Below, in pieces: positions 13,470-25,756 of a DNA stretch of 64,000 bases. The position numbers were made by a program, and so were the translations under genes. Origin of the DNA: Camelus ferus. Lineage: Eukaryota. Location of the stretch: positions 60,018,001-60,082,000 of the forward strand of contig NC_045696.1 in NCBI RefSeq assembly GCF_009834535.1. Reading direction: 5' to 3'. How positions within the stretch are numbered: position 1 is the first letter of the stretch; every line of letters begins with the position of its first letter. Below the pieces are notes generated by a model. The model did no database searches and was not told the origin of the DNA. It worked only from the letters and a program-made list of their open reading frames with translations.

Positions 13470-14084
13470 CCTTCACTAGCTAGCCTTGAGAACACAAGAG
13501 ATGTGTCAGTGAGGATGCTTTCACCTGCAAAAACAGAAACAATTGCTCAAACTGGCCTAACAGTGAAGTGTAGAGACTTCAGGTATAGTCTGATCAGCTT
13601 TGCCCTCATCTCTGTGTCAGCGCAGCAATACTGAAGGAGTTCAAGGCCTTACATCCTCAACCCAACCCTCCAGGAGAGTCTCTCTTCCTCCAAGCCTCCT
13701 ACCAACATTTGAGCTTTACTCCAATTGCATCCACTTATGCCACGTGCTTATTAAGTCAATCACTGTGGCAAGGAGGGTGGATACAGTCAACTTGGGCCAA
13801 TCAGGGCCTACATTTGGAGCTGGGGATGGGATCAGTCCCACCCAAAATGCTTGATTGCTTCATAACGGAAGAGCTGTGAGGTATGCTTGGGGAAGCAGCC
13901 AAAAATATCTACTCCATGATAAAATAAATTACCGTGGGTATTCCAACAGGCCCTCATGAGGACAGCAGACGTCAATCACCTTGGTTTGCCATGTATCGTG
14001 TTTGCCATTGAAAGTGACACATAACTGCTATGTGCGTCATCCAAAGTCCCAAATACAAGGATGGACACCAGCTACTAAAGACAC

Positions 14085-14090
14085 TTTATT
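14085..14090 (-). terminator. Polyadenylation signal AATAAA of MUC13
   Basis: tttatt on the plus strand at the end of the presumed 3' UTR exon. Confidence 0.7.
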
Positions 14091-14311
14091 TGTTAACAGT
14101 CAAGAACAAATAATAACAATAACAAATAAAAATGACTTGCCCAAGGAGACCAGACATTAGACATAAACAAGGATACTATTATCATTAAAGAAAGACTGTG
14201 CTGGATGTAGCTTCCCCCTTTCTTGGCTGTATGTGTGTTGGTAGCCCCTGCTAAGCCTCTGTCCCCAGGGAAGGCCTCTGTTCTTTAGTGAGGCTCCAGA
14301 ATCTGCATCAC

Positions 14312-14425
14312 GAGGGAGGGTATGTGTTTAGCATGCACGAGGTCCTGGGTTCAATCCCCAGTACTTCCATTTAAAAATAAATAAACCTAATTACCTCCCC
14401 CTCAAAAAAAAAAAAAAAAAAAAAA
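14312..14425 (+). mobile_element. Internally deleted Vic-1-like SINE in the MUC13 3' UTR (antisense to the mRNA)
   Basis: gagggagggtat..agcatgcacgaggtcctgggttcaatccccagtac..aaataaacctaattacctccccc followed by poly(A); TSD core gaatctgcatcac at 14299-14311 and 14432-14444. Confidence 0.85.
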
Positions 14426-16535
14426 GACCCGGAATCTGCATCACAAGACTGAACATCTGGATCCAGAGCACAGCTGCCTCTCACCATCAGCCAGACAGAA
14501 GGCCTACAAGTTTGAAGTGACTTTAACCTCTTGCTCCGGGAGTTTTATCTTCACACCCTTTCCTAGCTTCTGAGTCTTGGGTGGGACACGAAGTAGAGGA
14601 AGTGCCCATTCGCTCATCGAGGCGGGGACTCTGAGGGTGAAGGTGGGTCCTGGGTATCTTCTCCCTGACTCAGCCTCCCCGTCCAGCTTCCTTACAGTCA
14701 CTTGCCCGAGAATGAACCCAAGAACCTTAAAGGATGGTGTCTCTTCCCATCCCCTGGGACCTCCACAGCTGATGTGTAAGAGTCTCCCAGAATTAGGTCA
14801 CTTATGCACAGGCTGTCAACTCAAAGTGACACTCTTGTAGACTCTTCCAGGAGTGAACGATCTGGGGCACTTCCGTCTAGATTGGAAATGGTTACTGTTG
14901 CTCCACCGTGTAAAAGAAACCCCAACCCCTGTACTGACTGGAGCAAATCAACTATCTTAACAAGTGCTGGTCCCATCTGTGTGCATTTAATTTCACAGGT
15001 ACTTAGCAAACAAACTGTATTCACTGCAAATTGTCACAACTTCCATTCAGAGAGGCTAGGTGTTGGTTGGAAGAGAAATCCCAAACGTCAGAGCTTCTCA
15101 GCTGCTCACGTCTCCTTCAGTCTTCCAAACACTTGAAGTAAAAGCTCATATGCTGGGTTCAGGGCCATGAATGGTCCCAAACTTTTACCATCCTAGACAA
15201 AAAGAGAGGTGGGGGGGAATTCTTAGAAAAGTATTCCAACAGAAACGTATGAGACAATTTAGATTCATAAAGGATTACTATAATTTTAATTAACATTATT
15301 TAATACTACTGTTCCAATTAGAACCCATCATTGTGCTGAGTTCTTTATGCATATTAGCTTATTTGATCTTTATCCTTTGAAGGAGGCATCCTTCTGTCCA
15401 TTTCACAGATGAGAAAACAAACCCAGAGAAGTCAGGGAACTAGCCCGAGACCACAGACTTAGTAGCAGGAAGGGCAAGGCTGGGAAGCCAGGTGTCTGAT
15501 TTAAATCCCACACCGACTCAGCCACCAAAGGGCTTTCTTCAGAGGTTATACTTGAGGTAAGGGCTCCAGCGATGTGGAGAAAAGGTTTGAAATGAGTTCG
15601 ATGGTTAAGGTTCACCTCAGGTAGGACCAACAGGGGCGCCCACGGGACGTTCACCTGGGCCGCCCGCAGAAGTGATCGCACTCGGGGGTGGGGATGGGAG
15701 TGGGGGGTCCGGTGCTGTGCTCCCTCCCAAGCCCCTCCCCCACCTCCCATGTCTCCTCCTCTCTCAGCCTATTTTCTACTCTCCTGGGGATGCCTCACCC
15801 CACCTCTCCCTCCATCCCTTTCTCCTCACTCTTCCTTTTGAAAACAAATCCTTTCTCTCCTCTCCTGTCTTCTCTCCTCTCTGGCTCCCTCCTCTTCCTG
15901 GGCCATCCCTCCTTCCTTCTGTCCTGTCCCTCTTCCCCGCAGGAGTCCCCTGAAGGCTTTCTCCTCTCAGCATTTCACTGGGTTGCACTAAGCAGTGCCA
16001 GCTGCGCTTATCTAATGCACATCTGAGGACGAGCTAGTCGCATCGCAAGCCCTCCCATGGGAAATAAAGCATTACCAGCCTCAGAAATTGATCTGGCTGC
16101 CTTGAGGTCTGCGGGGAGGAGAGGGGAGCTTTGCCCTTCTGTGGGCTGGATGGGAAGGGTCCACGTAAACAGGACCGTGCTTACATCCAGCAGTGCTGCC
16201 CAGGCCTGAGCCAGGTCCTAGTTCCTGCAACAGTCTGGGAGCTGTCATCACAACCACTGGAGTCATATCCGTAGAAACGGATTTAAAGAGACCATAGAGG
16301 CATCTAAATTAAAGCTTCTCTTTTTACAGCTGAGGAAATAGACAGCCAGAGAAATTAAGCGATGTGTTTAAAGTCACATAGATGGTCAGTGTTAGGGACC
16401 AGGTGGTGGCTATTTACAATAGCTTTGGATTGAAAAAAAAAGCCTACAGGACAGCCAAGGCTGGTGATGATACAACAGCCAGGTCCCTGGGGCATCTCAC
16501 TCAGCAAAGGAAACAGAAAGCACGTCAAGACTCAC

Positions 16536-16914
16536 CTAATAGTTGGGCGGTGGTGTACTAGCCTGGTCTGTATAGAGACTCTGTGGCTGACTGTCTTCGG
16601 AGAGGTTCAGCTTGACTCTAGGGAAGATGCTCCCATGTGCTCCGAGATTGAGGTTTCCATAGGGACCCTGTGGCTGACTGTCTTCAGAGAGGTTCAGCCT
16701 GACTCTGGGGAAGATGCTCCCATGTGCTCCGAGATTGAGGTTTGCATAGGGACCCTGTGGCTGACTGTCTTCAGAGAGGTTCAGACTGACTTTAGGGAAG
16801 ATGCTCCCATCTGCTCCGAGATTGCTAAAGCTGGTCATCTCCTGTAGTCTCAGATTTTGAAATTCATTCTCAACCAAGTTCTGTTCTTCCATATTCTTGC
16901 CTTTGATCTTTAAT
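16536..16914 (-). CDS. MUC13: MUC13 exon 11: cytoplasmic tail with triplicated 29-aa module and stop codon
   Basis: Acceptor gattacag|A at 16914; (R)LKIKGKNMEEQNLVENEFQNLRLQEMTSFSNLGADGSIFPKV... resembles the MUC13 tail; TAG stop at 16538-16536 directly followed by GTGAGT donor. Confidence 0.93.
16563..16823 (-). repeat. Coding tandem repeat, 3 x 87 bp (29 aa)
   Basis: ctgtggctgactgtcttc recurs at 16581, 16668 and 16755 (87-bp spacing). Confidence 0.95.
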
Positions 16915-18893
16915 CTGTAATCAGTAACAGGAATTAGAATCTGACAATGGTGGCAAGTTCCTTGAAGCGAATATTAATATTTTATTTAAAAAAGATTTAA
17001 CATTTTGAGTAATTTCAAATTTACGTATAAGTTACAAAAAACAGTATTACACGAAGCTCCCATACATCTATCACCCAGATTCCCCGTTGTTAATATTTCT
17101 GAGCTATTTAAGAACAAGCTGCAGACCTGATGTCCACCACCCATAGTGTCTCATTACTTCATTCCATGCAGATTCCCTCAGTCCATTCATAAGTTCCAGG
17201 AAACCATCAAAACCAGAACGTTAATCCTGATCTAGCATTACTGTCTCATTCTACTGATCCCATTTACTATTTGCTAATAATGTTAGTATTGTTAAGTGTG
17301 TCTTTGAATTCTTTATGGAAATGATAATAAAGGTCAAAGAAAAAAGATGATTTGTGACAAAACTTTCATTCAGGCAGAGTCACTATCCACAGAAGCACCT
17401 CAGTGAATAAAGTGAGTCCCAGGTATAAAGGTCTCAGGAGGAGGAACCAAAGTTTCCCAGGTTCTGCTGCAGGCCCTCAGGGATCTCAAAGGGTCAAAGC
17501 CAAATGGAAGTATTTGCAGGTGAAGGAGGCATCTGCCCCAAGTGAACCTCAAACCCCATCCATGGTCCTGCCCTTCAGAGTGGGTCGTGGGGCCAGAGGC
17601 ACCTATGATGGCCACAGGGCAGTCCCACGGTGAGCCTCAGACACTGGGAATGTCGTAAAGGAAGACCCAGCCCCCTGGTGACCGTGATGGCCAGCCCAGC
17701 CCACAGTACAGCTCCTGCCCTGTGACAGCCCTCCTGTCTAAGGTGACGGAGGAGAGGTTTCCTTCCCTTGAAATGGACAAGAAATGATAACTCCTGGCTT
17801 GCTCCCAAGAGTCACGAGACTGAGGCTGAGCTAAGAGCAAGCCAGGCTCTGCACTAGGAGGGAGAACCGAGAACCAGGGCTGTCCCAGGGGCGAGCGTCC
17901 CCCCACGGCCCCGCAGGGCAGGAGCCAGTCCCGAGAGAGACAGCCTGGCTCCAGAACCCTGGGTCCTGGCCCTCTCCCTGCAAAAGGAGTCATTCTCAGT
18001 TCCCAGCTTGGCATCCTGGCAAGCAAGTCTCTGGGGAAGAGTTAATATCAAAATGGAATAGAAGAGAAATAAAATTTTAGAAAAGTAAACTCTATTTGTC
18101 CTCTCTTGTTACAGTGCAAAAATACCTATTTTGCCAAAATTTGATAGCAGATAAATGTTATTTTTAAGTAGCTTGGTTTTACCACAGTGGCTCCTCACTT
18201 GGCACATTTAGAATGGACTGGATAACAGCTTTCCACCCTGCTCATGGAGGGAACTCAAGATATCTAACTATTCGTTCAGGAAATGAATGGACCCCACTCA
18301 AGTTTTAAGAAGAGCACTTAAGACACCGCGCTGAGGAGCAGCCATGAGGAGATCATGTTTCTAAAGCCCAGGGGCTCACTTGAGGTTGTCTGGCTATTTG
18401 TGTGAAGACCTGGGCAGGGGAGTGATTGATGAAAATTAGATCTGACAACATCAGTGGAGTCAAATACGCTAACAGCCGAGTCTCAGTGCCATCAGAGAGC
18501 GGCTGCTCTGTCACAGTACAGTATTAAGCAAAAACAAACCTCAGGAAAAAAATTTTAAAACACAAAGAATACAAAATTATCTATGTCATTGTAAAAGGTA
18601 GAAACAACCTGGAAGAATGTATTTCAAAATGTTGGTGACTGCAGGGTGTCAGGTTTTGTGGGTGAGTGTTTATTCTGCTCCTGTACACATTTCTCTCTTT
18701 TCTTCAATGATCATGTGTAGCTTATAGAATCAGAAGAAAATTCAGGTAAGAAAAAAAGGTCATTGGTGTGAGAGAGGCCTCGCCGTATTTTTCAGCTCTT
18801 GCCCAGGGAAGTCTGGGCACGTCTGGAAGTTTGGAAACCAGAGTGTAATGATGGTATCACTGTGTCCCCCAAAAGGGACACTTCATCCTATAC

Positions 18894-18978
18894 CTTATCG
18901 AGAAGATGAATGCAGTCACTACACCGAGGATGAGGATGCCAGCAATGGTACCCACGATGGTGAGGATCAGCTGAAAAT
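18894..18978 (-). CDS. MUC13: MUC13 exon 10: transmembrane helix
   Basis: tttctctttcag| ... (N)FQLILTIVGTIAGILILGVVTAFIFSI(R) ... AG|GTATAG; 85 nt, phase 1 to 2. Confidence 0.95.
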
Positions 18979-19456
18979 CTGAAAGAGAAAAGAGCTGAGT
19001 AGGAGAGGCTCCCCCGAGCACACCTCCACTGCCTACTGCACAGGTGCATGCGTTCCCAGTGGGTCCTGGCCCTGAGGACAATCAGGCTGTGGTCTCTGAT
19101 GCCTCCAGGGCCAGGATGGAGGGTGGCCCACCTCCTTTAACCCTCTGTCCACCCACCCCCATCTGTGTCTTCAGAACTCAATCAGAAGAGACAGCCTTGC
19201 CAGATAAACCAAGACCATAAACACAAAGGAGGCCATGGTGACAGGACCCTCCTGGGCTTCGTGGTGGGTGGGATCTCATCTGAGGTCCACACACCTCCGT
19301 GCCTCTGCTGCCTGTGCCTGCCCATCGCTGACCTTGCTGATAAACTAGGGGAACCAGGTGGGGGTTAACTGTGCCAGTAACAGAGGATCCAGGAAATGGC
19401 CTGATGGAACCGGTGAGGGAAGAGCCTGGGGGTTCATTACCACCCATCCTCCTCTA

Positions 19457-19752
19457 GATCTGCTCTGTCTGGCACTACTGAGCCCTTGAAAAGTGGCCTT
19501 GGGCTGGCCTTTAAGTGTAACATGTGCAGCGGATTCTAAACACACAGTATGAAAAAAATGTAATCCATCTCATTAATAATTCCTAGATTAATAACCTGTT
19601 GAAATGATAATGTGTTCAATATCAAGCAAAATAAAATAATTAAAATCATTTTCACCTATTTCTTTTTACTTTTTACATTTTACTTAACACTTTTAAAATC
19701 TGAAATTAATTCTGCAGCTCATGTGCTGTGTCTGTTGGACGCTGCTGCTCTA
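19457..19752. mobile_element. MER3/MER33-like hAT-Charlie DNA transposon relic
   Basis: ctgctctgtc ... ttgaaatgataatgtgttc ... aaaatcattttcacctatttctttttactttt ... ttggacgctgctg. Confidence 0.5.
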
Positions 19753-20559
19753 ACCACTTGGATTTTTTCTTCTGCATGACTGCCCTGCGTATCACCTCCA
19801 ACCTCACTCACGGGGCCATCAACCATTAAGTCTAGGAAAAAACCCTCAAAGGTGATCTGGTCCGAAACTCTCATTTTATAGGTGTGGACACAGAAACCCC
19901 AGAAAGGAGAAATGATTTAGCAAACCCAGCCTCACAGCAAAAGATAGTAGGAATTGAAAGCATTTCTCATCACTAACTTTGTGGCTGGCTGAGAGACTGA
20001 CAGGGGTATTTCATTCATCACTGATCTTTTAATTCATTACATACAATTTCAAATATAAAATCATTTAACATATAAAGTTAGTATTGACCCCAACTGGTGG
20101 GAAAGAACTAAGCAACTGAATTTGCAACAACACATGCAAACTAAGAAATCACTCTCAGGCAGAAAAGATTTGAATATTTAACGTCTGTTTTCTAGTTCTG
20201 CTCTCCCATGACCACACATTTTTGGAAAACACTGGCCTTGGATCCTTTCTAGCAGCAGACAAGGTGTATTTAAGCTACTGTAGGAAGGAAACATAAGGTT
20301 GGGACTCCCTTCTTGGCCTGGGGCAAGTCCAGAGGCAGCAGCCCACGTGCTGGACTGACTTCTCTGATTTCTCACAGCAGAGGGGCCCTGCCCGAGACTA
20401 AGGGTGGGCATGGGATGGCCTGACCCAGAAGACAAACACAGGCAGGTTTTCTGTGTCTTTGAGAAACAGGCCCGAGACTTGGGGCACTGGACAGATTCTG
20501 AATGTGGTCAAGGTTTGTATCTCAGTTATTGAATAACAGAGCAAGACTTTTCTACTCAC

Positions 20560-20597
20560 TGTCTTTACAGCCAACTCCGCTGTAGCCAAATGCACAC
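20560..20597 (-). CDS. MUC13: MUC13 exon 9 (end of third EGF-like domain)
   Basis: tgtgtttcag| (P)CAFGYSGVGCKD(N) |GTGAGT; 38 nt, phase 2 to 1. Confidence 0.93.
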
Positions 20598-21060
20598 CTG
20601 AAACACAAGGAGCAGGAAACCGTGGTAAAGAGCCTTGTGGGAGCAGGCCAGACCTCCCACCCAACCTCCGTATGGTCCTTGCATCTCTTTCTTTATCCTC
20701 CCTGTTCCATCTTCTTTTCGTCATTTCTTTCTTACCCTCCCCATCTTCCTGGCTAAACCTGGAAGGTTGAGGGGGGCACACAATCCCACATGCTTCCATT
20801 TGCTACCATGAATGCTCATGCTGTGAGCACCAGGAGGATTCAGCAATTCAGGGGAGGCTGAGCCTGAGAGGCACGGAGCATAGCAGGACCCCCTCGGGCT
20901 GTGGGCCTACCTGGCCCTGCTGAATATTTGCTGCCCGGTGAGGTGGGGCACGTTATTTATATTCTTTGAGCTTCGGGTTCCTCACCTGAAAATGGGGACA
21001 GTGCTGTTGTGTGAGAAGAATTACCTAGTGTGGTTCCTAGCACACAGAGGATGTTCAAAA

Positions 21061-21326
21061 GCTGCTGCTGCTGCTGCTGATGGTGATGATGGTGGTAGTG
21101 GTGATGATGGTGATGATGGTGATGATGGTGGTGTAGCGGTGATTGTGATGGTGATGGTGGTGATGGTGGTGATGGTGGTGATGATGGTGGTGTAATGGTG
21201 GTGATGATGGTGGTGGTGGTGATAGTGGTGGCAGGGATAGAGGTGGTGTTGGGTGGTTGGTGGTGGTGGTGGTAACGACGATGGTTATGATGACGATAGT
21301 GATGATGACAGTCATGGTCATGATGC
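21061..21326 (+). repeat. Degenerate (GAT/GGT)n trinucleotide microsatellite in MUC13 intron 8
   Basis: Visible run of gct/gat/ggt triplets. Confidence 0.9.
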
Positions 21327-21451
21327 TCTGTACCTACCAGCTTTTGGCAGGAGCCAACACCCTGACCCTAAACTCATACATCTGTTACAAGCTCTATCCT
21401 TTTCGCTCAGCCTCAGCTACGGCAAGATGAAAAAGCAGTGTCTTCTCTTAC

Positions 21452-21581
21452 GGTTGACAGGCCCCGTGACTGTCCTCCCGGTAGCCCGGCAGGCACACGC
21501 AGTCCGCGCTCGTGCTGCTCCTCACTAAACATTGCCGCTTGTTCTCTGCGTTGCAGGTGTCATCGCAGGTTGGACCGAAGG
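21452..21581 (-). CDS. MUC13: MUC13 exon 8 (EGF-like)
   Basis: ctgttttgcag| (A)FGPTCDDTCNAENKRQCLVRSSTSADCVCLPGYREDSHGACQ(P) |GTAAGA; 130 nt, phase 1 to 2. Confidence 0.93.
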
Positions 21582-21910
21582 CTGCAAAACAGAGTGATTT
21601 CTGGGTAATTTTCAGACACAACCTCCTCCTATCCAAAGTGACATGTCACAGAATACAGTGTTTTTCACATTGCTCTTTCTAGGTAAAAGGAAGTGCTCAG
21701 TGGTCTGCACGTAATGTGCCCCCTGTGAAGCTGCACAAGGCTCTCCTCACTGGCTCTCAGCCAAGGCCCCACCCAGGTCCGTAGGTCTGCAGCCAACATT
21801 CCCACCCCTTAGACTCTGAAAAGCACATGGGAACTTGAGCAGGACAGTCTGTATTTTGAAAATGTATAAGGAGAGAGGAGAGGGACATTTAGAACCAAGG
21901 GAGCCCTTAC

Positions 21911-22036
21911 CGACACACATGGGGATCTGCGGGTTGGGCCTCACCAGCCCCTGTTTGCACTGACACAGTAAACCACTGGAGCAGTTGTCCTGGTCATTCT
22001 TCTTCTCACAACCATAGTAGTCACACCGGTCTTGCT
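21911..22036 (-). CDS. MUC13: MUC13 exon 7 (EGF-like)
   Basis: gcctctcag| (E)QDRCDYYGCEKKNDQDNCSSGLLCQCKQGLVRPNPQIPMCV |GTAAGG; 126 nt, phase 1 to 1. Confidence 0.93.
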
Positions 22037-23599
22037 CTGAGAGGCACACAGAATTCAAAGATGAATTAGGAAGACAGTATGGATAAGGTGACTTGTAAAG
22101 CACTCACTCAATTGTTGTGGTAATTGCTTTTTAATAGGTTTGGAATTTAACAAATAAAGACCTGAGACTCTAAAATTCAAGTCCCCAATCATTTCTTCTA
22201 TATCTATATCCTATATTACTCAATTCAAATTAATTCAATCCAATGCAGTACAGTTATGTTCAATTTCAAGACCTCTTTTGCACCTGGCTCTTTGCTGGAT
22301 TCCACAGGGGACACAGTAGCTGTGTAAGTTTCAGGCCCCATCTTTGTAGAGTTACATGACTGTCACATCCAGCAGCAGCCTTAGGAACAGTGGGAACTCA
22401 GGGGCTCGGGTAGCTAAAGGTCACATTGTGGAGGAGGTGGGTACTGGGCCAAGTGCTGAAAGATGGGGAAGATATGAACAGTCAAAGGAGAGACAAAATC
22501 TGTCGAAGTGCAGTAAGTGAGGCATGAAAAGAAGTGAAGGATTGTTGTCCGGGAGTGACGGAGTTGTACGTGGGCAGAAGAGAGGCAGAGAGGTGAGGAG
22601 GGAACGTCAGGATTTCTCAGCACTGCCGTTGATTGGCTGTGGGCTTCCTGTTCAATTATTTCATTGGTGGTGGGTCCACGTTCCCTCCATCTATGAACTA
22701 AGGCTAATGATTCTTGTTTCGTGTGATTGTTGCGAGAATTGAATGAGATCATGGAAATGCAAGTGTCCACTCAGCAAATAATCGTTGTTTTGTTCATTCA
22801 CAGGTAGAGCAGGGTTTGAACACAAGGCTAAGGACATTGATGTTTATCATATAAGCCTGAAAATCATTGGTCGATTTTGACCAGAAGCATGGCAGGAGGA
22901 AGCAATCTGGTAAGTACGTTAGTCTAGAAGCAGAGCGGAAGGCATTAGGGATAAATGGGGGAATGTGAGGATGGATGATGGGGAGGGGATAGGAGCAGGT
23001 AGAGCAGATACGTGCTCACTCTCTTCTAAACACCCCAAATCCATACCTGACCTTCCTTCATCACCTGCCCTTTCAAAATGCCTCCAATTAAAAGCTTAGA
23101 GAAAGAGATTCTATAGCTTTTGACACAGAAGAATCTGTCTTTGCAGCAGGAGCAAGAGAGCAGGAGAAGCTGTTTTTCTCCAGAAGTTTGGCACTCTCAC
23201 GTCCATTTGCTGGGCGGTTCATGCTCCTGTGGCCACCTCGAGCTGGCAGCATGTGGTATTTGCTAATGTATCTCAGAGTACGTGACTGGTCTCAGAGTGG
23301 GGAGATGCTGAGAGCAGCTGGTAAAGAAGAGCATTTCTCAGTCTGAGGCTGAACGGTTTCAATTTGGCCAGAGCTCAGAGCCAAGTAGAACCAAATGAGA
23401 GCACGGCAAAGGGTACTCAACTATGTCCTGAAGGGTACAATGGTTATTTTCATCTAGTACCCACTCTGAGCGGTCAGTCCCCATGCTGATGGGAACCCTC
23501 AACTTCCTCGCACTTGCTGGAGATCTCATCTAGCCCAAAGCAGAGCGTAGGATAAGGTTCTGTCTTGCCCTGCTGACAATTTCACCTTCCGGGGGAGAG

Positions 23600-24430
23600 G
23601 TTCTGACTGCATGAATTGCTACCCTCAGCCAAATTCTGACCCCAAGGAGAAATTTATCGGCAGGCAGAAGTGATGGGTCTCCCGGAAGACAAGGATCACG
23701 TGACAGCCAGAAAGAGGAGTGTGACTTAGAGTAAATGTTGACATGTTCAGAAAGGACAAGGTGTAGGTCCACGGCACGAGACTCTGGAAGATGAATGTAG
23801 AAGAGAAGGTAAGAAGCTCTGAAAATGTGATTATAACTGTGCAGCTGCAAATGATCCCAATAGATGTATAAAAAAAATACAGTGGGAGAGTGTCTGTAAC
23901 TTAAGAAACTGGCATGGTTTGCACAGAAGCTCTCAGATGAGAGACAGAAACAAAATATGAAAAGAAGGTCCTGGAACCAAAGATGGAATATTAAACATGT
24001 GACACAGTCTAGAGTCCCAAATGAGTTCAAGTTTGCCACAAGCAAAACCCAAAACAGCAGCAAGAGTCCAATGACACAGAGCAAAGGGTTAAACATGAAA
24101 AATGGGTAAATCAGTGAAGGGGTGTGTGTCTCTTCCACCAGGAAGTAATACTTGGATGGAAAAGAGTTGAATGGACATGGCTAAGGGAACTGAAGTCCCC
24201 GGAAAGAACACAGAGCAGAGCAGCCCCCATCATTCCTGACAAAAGTTTAAGTATTTTATTCCAGAGCATTTATATTCCAGGTCCTGAGAGAATAGTGAGA
24301 ATCTTTGTGGAATCTTGAAAAAAAGATAAAAGAGAGAGAGAGAAGGTGCCGGAAAACGATCGATGACCAGGATTTCTTTATATTTTCAAAAAGAGAAATA
24401 AATTTTGCAAACTAGGCCATGGAAGTTCCA
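23600..24430 (+). mobile_element. Probable ancient CR1/L3 LINE ORF2 relic
   Basis: ccaggtcctga (PGPD-like) followed by attttcaaaaagag...gcaaactaggccatg (IFKK...NYRP-like); very degraded, boundaries uncertain. Confidence 0.35.
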
Positions 24431-24789
24431 AACATCAAAAAGCAAACATTCAAGAGACAAAAAGAGGAGTCTTGGAAGGATCAAAAATGAGGATGAGGGA
24501 GTCGGGCAGGGGTCAAGGGAAGGTGGGGGGAGGCCCAGAGAGAAGACGACTTCAGGACGGGGAGGGCACCAGTGTCAGAGGCTACAGAGAAGTCAGAGAA
24601 ATTGTTCCTCAGCAGAAGCCTTTGGATTTGGTTGCCACGGGAAGAACCAGTTATAAAGAACTTCCCGCAGGCCAGCCGGCCCTAACAGCTCCCTCTGAGG
24701 GGAGGACCTCCTGAGGACGGCTGTGCTGGTTGCAGTCATAGTACCAGTTTACTCCTGCCTTCCTATCTACGCCCCTAGCAGCACCGGGC

Positions 24790-25185
24790 ACACTGTGTTT
24801 GGTCATGTGAACTGAGGACAGTTGTAAATCTAACATAAGCAGAAAGTGAGAAACACCTGTGTATTGAAACTTGCCCTCTTGCTGCTCTTGAAACTCTTTG
24901 GGACTAACCTGCTGGGGGATGAGAGACCACGTGGAGCAGGGACTAACCGTCCCGCTGAATCATCTGAGATCAACTGGTCCCCAGGAGGCCCACCCAGCAG
25001 CTAACGGCAGATGCCTAAGTGAGCCCAGCAGAGAGCAGCCAAGCTCCACCTAGGTCAGCAGAAGTGCCCAGCTGAGCTCAGCCCACATTCTGACCCAGAG
25101 AATCACGGTGCGGTAATAAATAAATGGTGGTTGTTTTAGGCCACTAAGTTTGGGGTGTTTGTAACACAGCAGAAATGAACAGTCA
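24790..25185 (+). mobile_element. MLT1-like LTR relic
   Basis: 3' end aataaatggtggttgttttaggccactaagtttggggtgtttgtaacacagca is typical of MLT1. Confidence 0.65.
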
Positions 25186-25595
25186 CAGCTCTGCTGTGGG
25201 CTTGTGTGTCTGCCTAGAGGAGAGCCAGTATAAGTAAAACTTTCTGTGAGCATTTGGAAAGCTCTAACTTGGTAGAGAGCCCTCTTTTTTCTCCTTCTTC
25301 ATCTTTCCATGTCCAGAGGCTATTTGTCCAAGACTACCTTCCAAGCAGAGGGACAAACTAGTCCATTTTTTGACTTAGGAGACAGTTAGGAAGGAGCAGA
25401 AGCCACGTGAGAGAGGAAAGGGAGGGAGGAAGAAAGGACGGTGCAAAGGAAACTCGTCTGTGGACGTCAAAGGACAGATGTCTGTGGATTCAATTACCCA
25501 GTTCTTCTGGCCCCCTTCACACAAATAATAGCAAAGTTTATGAAAACCTAGATAGGTCTTCAGGTAAATGTGGAATAAAATTATTTGATACTTAC

Positions 25596-25756
25596 CAGTA
25601 TATCCTGTAAAGACATCTGCATTGTCTTCAATTGCTTTTGTAATTGCATTAGATACTGTAGTCTCATTTAGTTCTGTAGTTTCCTTAAAGATGTTTACTA
25701 CTTCTATGTCAACATCCTTGTCACCAGCACGCAATTCAGATCTTGCTGCAGATGTC
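25596..25756 (-). CDS. MUC13: MUC13 exon 6 (SEA domain, C-terminal part)
   Basis: cagtcttag| (R)TSAARSELRAGDKDVDIEVVNIFKETTELNETTVSNAITKAIEDNADVFTGYT |GTAAGT; 161 nt, phase 2 to 1; an alternative in-frame AG lies 6 nt upstream. Confidence 0.9.

Larger units (their letters stand above)
14065..15192 (-). other. MUC13: MUC13 last exon (exon 12, entirely 3' UTR)
   Basis: Acceptor ctctctttttgtctag|G at 15193/15192; exon 11 ends at the stop codon followed by a donor, so a UTR exon is required; AATAAA at 14085-14090. Confidence 0.7.

Noticed and set aside
20938..21528. Poly-His, poly-Asp and poly-Val ORFs
   Set aside because: Translations of an intronic (GAT/GGT)n microsatellite
23530..24138. 202-aa hydrophobic minus-strand ORF in intron 6
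   Set aside because: No recognisable domain, not needed for the MUC13 exon chain, and overlaps a probable degraded LINE
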